Shown here piece by piece: positions 37,811 through 47,425 of a stretch of DNA of 64,000 nucleotides; positions within the stretch are counted from its first letter, which is position 1; each line of letters opens with the position of its first letter. Made by a program: the position numbers and the translations under genes. The notes below the pieces were generated by a model. That model saw only the letters and a program-made list of their open reading frames with translations. It did not search any database and was not told the DNA's origin. The DNA comes from Gracilinanus agilis (lineage: Eukaryota), in NCBI RefSeq assembly GCF_016433145.1, contig NC_058131.1:113112793-113176792 (forward strand). Reading direction: 5' to 3'.

Positions 37811-39929
37811 ATAGTGTCTCCCTGGACAAAATATAACACCTTTATTGCTCTCTATTAAGACTTTTCTTTTGGCATGGTGAAAGTCAAAGTTTCTTTCACA
37901 CCATCAGGTTAGAGTAGGAACTTCTTTTCTTATTCTGGTTATTTGTTGCCCCATTGATAGCATGGTGATTAAATGATGTTTAATATTCACAGTCATTCAT
38001 ACACTTACCTACTCCCTTGAGGAGAACTCAGTAGAATATAAGCTGTTTTAGTTCAGAGGCTGTTTCATTTTTGTCTGCATCCCCAATGCCTAGCATTTAG
38101 CAAATCTAGACTAGAAAAACTAATGGCTTGAGAAATGTAAAGAGAAACTAAGGAGAAATGATACTCAATAGTGGAGAGGTGTGGTTGGCTCTCTAGCTAC
38201 CCCAAGTCTGCTCCCTTTGTTAGAATTGTGTATGAGGGTGACCTTTCTAAGGTCTACAAATCCGGAGGACTAAATACTTCTCTAAGAAGTAGTGTACACT
38301 GATTGGTGCGTTGCTTGATTCTTTAGCAACTCTAAGTTTTTTTTCTTTTGGGGGAAGGCCATAAGCAGGGAAGTACTCTAAATGTGGATGATTGTTCTAG
38401 AGAGAGAAAAAGATTTGTCTTAGTTTGTGAGATCAGATATGTGTCTTTTTCATGATATTTGGTCAACTTAAATAAAATCTGTCCAATATTCAATATTTTG
38501 TCAGCCTTGCTGCCTGCATGGGAACTGAAGCCCTTTTCCCTTTTGCTGTGGTAACAGAGACACAAGGCAAATTCTGATGTTCTCATAAAAGACTCTAGGA
38601 ATAAGCCCAAAATATGATTATTGAGAAGCCCCCAAGATTAAACCTAATACATATAAGTGAAAAACTTTGGTTGTAGGTCATGCACTACATTTAATTAATA
38701 TCATTGTTAAACATGAAAGATTAATCCTCTAGTGCCCTTAACATCCATTTTTTTACTTGGAAGATAAAGCAACAAAAAATTAAAGTTATGACAGCCTCTC
38801 CCATCTTTCTCTACTATTTTATCATGTTCGTTCATTTGCTCTCATTCCTTGCCTCCATCAACATTTTGTGGTCCTCAAGCCTTCTTTTTCTTTTTTCCTC
38901 CATTGGACTTAATTCAATTCAACAGACACCTGTTCTAAGACACTGGGCTAGGCACTGGAGAATTCAAAGAGCCAGCTGTCTTCCTAAGCCTCCAATGCAT
39001 CTGCATTAAAGATCTGAATGTCTCTCCCATTCAGCATCTCTTTGTCCTTAAGAATATTCAGCATTGAAGCTAATCACCACTCCCAAATCCTTCACCACAT
39101 CCATTCCCTTAAGAGGAAAAGGTGATCACCGCTATTATAAATGAGGAAATTGAGACCCAAAGGTACACACTGCTAGTTAGTGTGAAAGACAGGATTCAAA
39201 CCAAGTTCTCTTCCTGCCTGGTTCAGTACTTCTTCCTCTGCATCACTGTAGAGAGACACTGCGAGGTTGATGTAGTTCACTCAAGTCTACAATAATGGGT
39301 TCATCTGTCTTGAGACATAATGATCTTATAAGACTGGAAATAAATATCAATTTGGTTACCTTGAAATGATATAATCTGTGATAATGGAGAAACCACAATG
39401 CATAAATAAGAGAGTTGGTCACTTGTTTATCTATCCCCATGTCAGAAATGGTGTCATTTTAATAAGTATCTGAAACTCCAAGGGCTAATTTTAAGAAATG
39501 CAGAAATGTAAATGAGACCGTTAGTCAGTTCCCCCATCTATATTCCATTTGAATTTTTCCTTTGTACAAGTCTCTACCAAACCAGTGTGGGAGCCTGACC
39601 CCTAGTGGTCATAACTAGTATATGCAGTCTCTGCTAATAAATTTCCAGCAATGGACATGCTCTTCTAGGGCAGGAAATCATTCCAAAATTCCCATTCTAA
39701 GAACTTCTTGGGAAAGTTCAACTGGAAAAGGAAAGAGATGATGAAGTCAGTGTGTATGAGGTTTGTGACTCTAAGTAACAAGATCAGTGCTTAACAAGAA
39801 CTAATCAAAACACAGATTGTTCCCTTCAAAAAAGATACCCTGGGAAGTTTTCTACTTATCTATTTATTTATCTATTTATGTATTTATTTATCCAGATCTA
39901 GATGATGATATTGCCCACATTTCTTGAAG

Positions 39930-40120
39930 CTCTTCTTTTTTTTAAAACCCATACCTTCTGTCTTAGAATCAGTATTGTGTATTGATTCCAAGGCAGAAGA
40001 GTGGTAAGAACTAGGCAAAGGGGGTTAAGTGACTTGCCCAAGGCCATCCAGCTAGGAAGTGTTTGAAGCCAGATTTTAATCTAGGACCTCCCCCTCTTTA
40101 AACCTGGCCACCCAGAAGCC
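39930..40120 (-). mobile_element. SINE1_Mdo-type SINE
   Basis: Reverse-complement tail and CORE. Confidence 0.85.
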
Positions 40121-40339
40121 CCCAATTTGAAACTCTTCTTTAGGAATTATCTTTAGAATTAGAAGCATATTGTTTTGGATTTCCTCAGTAGAGGTAAAAG
40201 TTGATTTCATTTCATTCAAAAGCCCCTCATTTTGGTAAGACAAGAAAGGGAAATGACAAATGTTGGAGGGACTACTGAAAAAGAGGCCCATTAATTCACC
40301 TTTGGTGTGATTATGCTAGCTATTCTGGAAATAATCTGA

Positions 40340-41150
40340 AATTATGTCCCCAATCTCAGTAAAATGGATAAGTCCTCTAACCCAGCAATAACACTATTAG
40401 GCTTATACCCCCACAAATGAGATTAAAGGAACAGAGAAAGGACCCTTATTAAAAATTATTTATAGGGGCAGCTGGGTAGCTCAGTGGATTGAGAGCCAGG
40501 CCTAGAGACAGGAGGTCCTAGGTTCAAATCCGGCCTCAGACACTTCCCAGCTGTGTGACCCTGGGCAAGTCACTTGACCCCCATTGCCTACCCTTACCAA
40601 TCTTCCACCTATAAGTCAATACACAGAAGTTAAGGGTTTAAAAAATAAAAAAAATTATTTATAGCAGCTCTTTTTGTTATGGCAAAGAACTGGAAACCAA
40701 AGAAGTAGCCATCAATTCAGGAATGACTGAACAAATTATGGGATAAGACTCTAGTGTGATACTGTTGTGCCCTAAGAAATAATGAAAGGGATAATTTTAG
40801 AGAAACCTGGGAAGATTAGTACGAACTGATGAAGCAGAGCCAGGAGAATAATTTATACAATAACAACAGCACAAAGTCAAACAACTTTTAAAGACTTAAG
40901 AACTCTGATCAATTAAGTGACCAAAAATGATTTCAGAAGACTCATGAGGAAGCATGCTATCCACTCTTGACTATAAAGTGATTGGCTCAAGGTACAGAAT
41001 GAGACACACATTTTGAGAGTATGGCAAACATGGGAATTTGTTTTGCTTGACAATGCATATTTGTTACGAGGATTTTCTTTTTCTTTTTTGAGTGGGGAGG
41101 TCATAAAATGAATGCTTGTTAATTTAAAAATGCAGAATAAAAGTTTAAGA
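40340..41150 (+). mobile_element. Old L1 ORF2 3' end and UTR interrupted by a SINE
   Basis: 'ttatagcagctctttttgttatggcaaagaactggaaacc', 'gaatgactgaacaaattatgg'. Confidence 0.85.
40466..40649 (+). mobile_element. Young SINE1_Mdo
   Basis: A box TAGCTCAGTGG, B box GGTTCAAATCC, perfect 15-bp TSD aaaaattatttatag (40451-40465 and 40650-40664). Confidence 0.95.
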
Positions 41151-41413
41151 ATAACTAGCTGATCTTTGATGTCAACTAAATGTGATGGATGAGCAATATA
41201 AGAAGTTGGGTAATACAAACTCAGCAAGAAAGGGCTGTGACAAGTCTTACTCCTCCATTTCCCATATGAGTAACTGAACAAAATAAAGTGTGACAATTGA
41301 ACAATTACTGCTTTACCATCCACTAGATACTGGACTTCTCCCAGTCTCCAGGTATGAGTAAGGTGATGGGTATGGAGAAACTCAGCAAAGGAAAGAGAAA
41401 GAACTAATGGGAA

Positions 41414-41547
41414 NNNNNNNNNNNNNNNNNNNNNNNNNNNNNNNNNNNNNNNNNNNNNNNNNNNNNNNNNNNNNNNNNNNNNNNNNNNNNNNNNNNNNNN
41501 NNNNNNNNNNNNNNNNNNNNNNNNNNNNNNNNNNNNNNNNNNNNNNN
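41414..41547. other. N run
   Basis: 134 N. Confidence 1.
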
Positions 41548-41874
41548 TTTATCACAGAATGGGTGATTTCATCTACGTAGGGAGCTCCTTTATGAAGTAT
41601 TTACTTCTTCTACAGTTGGTGGTGAGCACCTACCCTCTAGTTTACAGTTTTAGAGAGTTGCTTGAGATCACTGAAAGTTTAAGTGACTTGCCCACAGTCA
41701 CACAGTCAGAATGTGTAAAACTGGGCAGTACTTAGCTTTAGTCTTTCCAATTCCAAGGTCACCTCCTTATCTACTTGTCATCATAGCTCTCTGTCAGCTT
41801 ACACTTGGGAGAGAACATCAAAAGATTGATATGCTGCTTAAAGGCAGGGACTATTACTGGTTTCTCTTGGGGCT

Positions 41875-41895
41875 GTCAGCACCAAGGTCAGCACC
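41875..41895 (+). promoter_or_regulatory. RE1/NRSE-like motif in an L2 tail
   Basis: gTCAGCACCaaGGtCAGCaCC; one mismatch at a conserved A of the right half-site. Confidence 0.3.
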
Positions 41896-41989
41896 CACCA
41901 AACACTTGCTGAAAAGAATTGAATTGGAAGACTCCAGAGGCTCAGCCTGGTATAAGACAAAAACAAACAAAAAACATTTTAGGTATATT

Positions 41990-42400
41990 CAGACCCTTCA
42001 TGCTGCAAGAATGCTGAAACTTTTCTCTTTTTTCCAATCTGCCCTCTATACAGCCCAAAGCAATCTTCATAATGCAAAGTTCTCCCTACTCAGTGTAAAA
42101 CCTTTTATTTCTCATGTAAAACTCTTCACAATCTACCCTTTGCCTGTCTTTCTAGTTTTCTCATGTATTACTTTCATGCAACCTACAATCTAGCCATTCT
42201 GGCTTACTGTTCTTCACACACTAATCTCTGTCTTCTGTCTGTGTACATTTGTCCTTTTCCTGCATACCTAGAGCACACTCCTTTACTTCTACCTTTTAGA
42301 ATATCTGGTTTCCTTCAAAACTCAACTCAAGTATATTTCCTGACCTCCCCAGCTGCTAGTACTCTCTTTTACCAAACTACTTAATATTCATTTTGTATGG
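41990..42400 (+). mobile_element. L2 LINE fragment
   Basis: L2 3' body motifs. Confidence 0.65.
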
Positions 42401-43599
42401 GTAAAGATGTTAGATCAATTATGTCAGAGTGCTCAAAATGATCAGATGCTAAACTCTATTTCATCTATCAAGTGAGAACAAATCTTGATTCTTCAAATGA
42501 GGCTTGGACATCACCTCGAATTGAATATATTTCAACTAAGTTTGATAGGAAGTCTGTTCTGATTAGGCGAAGGGCTTAATAACACCCTGTTGGACCTATA
42601 TAAAATCTGAAGGGTTGTTCAAAATCCAAGAGATATGCACCTTGCAGTTAACATCTGAGAAGGAATCATTTTGGGGGAAAGGAAGGAGACAGGGGGATTG
42701 GTCTTTTCCAGATTCACTGGGATAAGGGCATTGTAACTGCTCTAAGGGATGTATCCATACTGGTATATTTGATTTAAAAATCTATCTCATCACATTACAG
42801 TTACTCCTAAGTTATGAACTTCCCCCTTTGAACAGGGGTTCTCTTCACTTTACAGCTGAACTTCAGCTATAAACTAGGGAAGAGGGAGGGGATAAACACT
42901 GCTATAGTGTCTTCTATGTGCTGGGCACTGTGCTAAATGTTTTATGTATGTTATCTCATTTGAGCCTCGCAATAACCCTTGGAGGTGAGTTCTGTTATTA
43001 TCCCCTTTTTACAGTTGAGGAAACTTTTAGGCAAACAGAGGGTAAGTTGACTGCCCCCCGTGCCCAAGTTCCTCTACTTTGGTAGTGATGGATGTTACAT
43101 AAGGCTTTGCTTCCCGGTGGTAAGAATTACATTTGTCTGAAGCATGGATTCTAAATACATCTGTGATGGCAGCCCATCCAACTCTGCTCACAAAGAGCTA
43201 ACTTTAGTAACAGAGTTGGCATCTGTTTGGCAGAGCCTGACAGAGCATGTGTTTTTTAGTGAAGCCTTCCTGATAACTGCCTCTTTTTTCATAGGAGGAC
43301 ATTTAATGTATTCTTAGCATTAATCATCTCCTCCTTCCCTTCAAATATTTTAAGCTATTTTCAATCCTATCTATGTACTAAGCAATCATGCTTTGAGTCT
43401 CTGCTTCTAGGCAGTAGATAAAGTTCTTGACCAAGAGTCAGGAAGCCTTAAGTTCAAATCCAGCATCAGACACTTAGCTATATGACCCTGGAGAAATCAT
43501 TTAACCTCTTTAATTCTCAATTTCCTCCTCCATAAAATAGGGATAATTGCAAACCATAAAGCTTTAAATAATTGTTAGGTAGTATTATTTAAAGATTAT

Positions 43600-43790
43600 C
43601 CTGAATTTAAAAAAACCTTATCTTCTGCCTTAGTATCAGTTCTAAGACAAGAGAGTGGCAAGGAGTAAGCAATCAGGATTATGTGAACAACCAGGATGAC
43701 ATAGCTAGGAAGTGCTTGAAGCCAGATTTGAACCCAAGTGCTCTGGATTCCAGGTCTGGCATTCTATCCTAGCTACTCCTTCTCCTGAAT
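43600..43790 (-). mobile_element. SINE1_Mdo-type SINE
   Basis: Reverse-complement tail 'aaaaccttatcttctgccttagtatcagttctaagac' and CORE. Confidence 0.75.
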
Positions 43791-43913
43791 TTTAAATTTT
43801 CTCCTTCCTTCTCCTTCCAACCTTGATCAACTCAAGTAATTTGGCAGCACCTTTTTTACAAATAAAGACATCATCTTATAGTGTCACTTGACTCCCTTAC
43901 TAATCACCTAGAC

Positions 43914-44142
43914 CAGCTCTGGTGAACCTTTTAGAGATCATGTGCCCAAACTTCACCTTCAAACTGCCTGTGACACCCCCCCCCCCATTATCCCAGACAG
44001 TGGAGGGAGGAAGTGCTTGCATTGGGCTGTGGGACAGAGGGGCGGGACATGTGAAAATTGTCCTCAGGCACTGTGGAGAGGGGGAAAGGAGCAGCCCCCT
44101 CTGGCAAGCCAGGACATGCATGCCATGTCTTTGCCAACACAG
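43914..44142. mobile_element. hAT-Charlie-type MITE
   Basis: 8-bp TSD acctagac/atctagac with central TA; degenerate TIRs cagctctggtgaacc / (rc) ctgtgttggcaaaga. Confidence 0.75.
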
Positions 44143-44264
44143 ATCTAGACTCTCTAGGAGACCAAGAACAAGTGTATTCATATAATCAAAATATCCTTTT
44201 ACTTTGCTGAAGCAGAGTCTTCAGAACCACAGCAATAATGTCTCCAGGAGACATGCGCTAGCCT

Positions 44265-44602
44265 TGTAGTAATAGGTACAAACTGCCCTTCCATATACAC
44301 ATCTTACCTATACATGTTCCCTTTATGTTTGCCTTTCTGTGTTTCCTAGGCATATATGCTCTTCCCATTGATAGCACACGTATTTGTGGGAGAGTATACC
44401 CCAGGCTGAGAGGGGAAATTGTTGCTTTCTTCTTGTATTTCATTCAATGCCTTTGCTTTCAATGCCTTTTGCTCTGCCTACTACATACATTTGGTTGGGG
44501 CTATAGTTTTTTACTGGATATGGACCCATATCCAGTTTAGTACCTGGGGTAGCAATCTTAGAGGGGAATCTAGGTATGAAGTAGGTGCCCCCAGATACTA
44601 CA
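44265..44602. mobile_element. LTR-like or MITE-like element with 7-bp terminal inverted repeat
   Basis: Starts tgtagta and ends tactaca; no TSD recognisable. Confidence 0.4.
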
Positions 44603-44867
44603 AATATAAGTGAGAACAAAAACAAGAGACAACTGAACTCACTGAATTCAAAGCTATACTTTGGTTCTAAAGAATACGTGATGAAGCCACATTTCTATTG
44701 TCCTTGCAGAGAGGTGAGAGACTACAGATGTGGGACATTCATTGTTTGGTCAGATGCTCTATTTGATATTGGTTTCCTCAACTATTTTTCTTAGTGACAA
44801 AAGCAGTTCATTCAGGGGAAGAAAATAGGAAGTTGCTATGATTTAAAAAAAAAAAAGACATCAATTA

Positions 44868-45073
44868 GGGGGCAGCTGGATGGCTCAGTGGATTGAGAAC
44901 CAGGCCTAGTAACAGGAAGTCTTAGATTCAAATCTGGCCTCAGACACTTCTTAGCTGGGTGACCCTGGGCAAGTCACTTAACCCCTGTTTCCTGGCCCTT
45001 ACCTTGGAACCAATACATGGTATTGATTCTAAAATGGAAGGTAAGGGTCTAAAGTAAATAAAAAATAAAATAG
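44868..45073 (+). mobile_element. SINE1_Mdo
   Basis: A and B boxes; 14-bp TSD aaagaca(t/a)caatta. Confidence 0.95.
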
Positions 45074-46111
45074 AAAGACAACAATTAAAATTGAAAAAAT
45101 CTTATCCAAATAAATTCTGGATGTGCTTTTCCCTCTGCCTAAAAAATGGGAAGAACAGTGCCTGGGACATAGAAGACACTGAATAAAGATCTGTCAGTTG
45201 AGTGACTGGGACACCAATATGCCATCGGTAGGTAAATAAACTCAGAAATAAAGCTCAAGCCCAGAATTCAAAGTTTAGAAATCCAAGAATGACTCTCATG
45301 GTGACTGATGCCAGTATCCCATTCCTACCTTTCACCAAATCCACAGAAAGAAAGTCTCAGGAATGAAGCGGGGTGAGAGGTGGGGGTGGAGGAGAGAGAG
45401 AAAACTTTATTCTTTCAATGTTGACCTATTTTGTTCAGGTCTAACAACTCAAAAGCTGCAGATTCATTGAAACGCGGATTGTAAAACTGTAACACTCCTC
45501 AATTACTTCTTGTTGGCCAGACAAGCAAACCTATTATTTGACAATGCATCATGGTCCAAGATAGTCAACTTTATCATACAGAGGTCATGAGAAAATGGCC
45601 ACAGGTAGAGCTTGCTAACCTTCACTAGATAATTTTTCACAGTTATCATCCAAGCCCTGTAAAAGCACAAAAGATATGTTATCTTCGTGCTCAGTTTATT
45701 CTAACGTGTGGGTGAGACTCCCTCTAAAACCACTTACTAGGTAACTGTTGCACGTTCTCCTGCACAGAAAGTCAAATCAGTAAAACATCGTTTTGACAGT
45801 GTCTTTTTAAGTGTCAGGAATAAAGGGACAGGCTCTTAAAGGAGAGGCAGCACACCATTTATCATCCCACCCCACTTTCCCACACATGGCACACACACAT
45901 ACACACACACATTCTCCATCACACACCCACATGCCAAGAAAAAACTCAGAAGGATCCATCTCTTACAGACTCATTTCTTTACACCTGAGTATTTCATTGC
46001 AGAATTGTTCTTAAACAAAACCACTGGTAACACTACCTCAAGATAGCATATATGCTTCAGGGTTTTAAGGATTAGCTAATTGTCTGTCCCTCTCCACTCT
46101 CATACCCCAAG

Positions 46112-46113
<2 letters not shown>

Positions 46114-46144
<31 letters not shown>
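46114..46144 (+). repeat. Pure A31 run
   Basis: Seen directly. Confidence 0.95.
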
Positions 46145-46146
<2 letters not shown>

Positions 46147-46170
46147 TAAAAGTATTAAGAAGAAACCAAG

Positions 46171-46437
46171 ATCAGGTATAGTGGCTCACATTTGTAATCC
46201 TTGCCTCCAGGGAGGCTGGGGCTGGTAGATTTCTTGAACTTGGGAATTCTGAGCTGAATTATGGTTAAACCAATTGGGCACAATAAGACTAGTGCCATTT
46301 TAATAATCTCTGGGTAGGAGAATACCTGGCTCTCTAAGGAGGGGTGAACTACTCCAGGTCAGAAATGGAGCAGGTCAAAGCTCTCAAGCTAATCAGTAAT
46401 GAGGTCAGCTATGCATGACTGATATACTCCCAACCTA
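46171..46437 (+). pseudogene. 7SL (SRP) RNA-derived retrocopy, near full length, decayed
   Basis: Collinear with 7SL: Alu-domain head 'gtggctcacatttgtaatcc..gggaggctggggctgg' and S-domain 'ctaaggaggggtgaac..ccaggtcagaaatggagcaggtcaaa' (7SL: CTAAGGAGGGGTGAACC..CCAGGTCGGAAACGGAGCAGGTCAAAA); 3' end runs into an N run. Confidence 0.92.
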
Positions 46438-46667
46438 NNNNNNNNNNNNNNNNNNNNNNNNNNNNNNNNNNNNNNNNNNNNNNNNNNNNNNNNNNNNNNN
46501 NNNNNNNNNNNNNNNNNNNNNNNNNNNNNNNNNNNNNNNNNNNNNNNNNNNNNNNNNNNNNNNNNNNNNNNNNNNNNNNNNNNNNNNNNNNNNNNNNNNN
46601 NNNNNNNNNNNNNNNNNNNNNNNNNNNNNNNNNNNNNNNNNNNNNNNNNNNNNNNNNNNNNNNNNNN
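46438..46667. other. N run
   Basis: 230 N. Confidence 1.
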
Positions 46668-46959
46668 TGCACAGTATATACTGAGGACTTCAATTTAATA
46701 AACTTCTATTAAATTCCTATTATATGCAAGGAACTATGCTAGACACTATACAGATGTTAGGGGAAAAAAATAGCTCTTAACCCTCAAGGAACTAGATCAA
46801 GTGCTGGCAACCCATGGTCTTATATCCAAATCCAGGCCACTGTTTTTGTACCATCTATAGGTTAAAATGGAAACTATTCTTAATTTGCTGACTTCTGATT
46901 TAGATAATCAAATCTACAGGGGAAACATATTCATCTGTAACCCAAATCCCAAAGTCTAT

Positions 46960-47425
46960 TAGTATGAGACTTTCCTCATGGAGTAGTGGAATAGAACTGG
47001 TGAAAGCAAAAGAGAAAAGAATGCCAGGCTATTGGAGGCTCTTTGGTTTCTTTAGTCTCTTTAAGTTTGGGACACTTCTGGCTTTCAGCTTCAAGAAAGA
47101 AGATGGATGATGCCAACCCCACTTTAGGTTGCCAAAGGGAAAAAAAAGACTAGGAAGAAGCTAACATGAGAGGAGCTGGCAGTCTCTGTGATGCCCCTAT
47201 CCCCAGCTTGCTATAATAGAAATTTCAGGGAATTTCCCCTTGGGTGAGATCCTCTCTTGGTTGAGCTGAGTTATCTTGCTTCCAATGGGAGAGCTCCTTC
47301 GCTCTGTATTGTCTGCTTACATATTCTCCTATGTATACTTTCTCTGCTTTCTATTTTGCTATCAACTTGAATAAATGGATTTCTTTGCTACTTACTATAT
47401 GTGTTCCTTGTGAAACTGGCATCTG
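46960..47425 (+). mobile_element. LTR-like fragment
   Basis: U3/R-like composition, AATAAA near 47370; termini unresolved. Confidence 0.35.

Noticed and set aside
40466-40540. tRNA-like A/B box sequence (also in the other SINE heads)
   Set aside because: It continues directly into the SINE CORE and tail with TSDs, so it is not a tRNA gene.
41711-42193. Longest gap-free ORF (160 aa)
   Set aside because: Runs through a CORE-SINE, an L2 tail and an L2 body, with no coherent protein.
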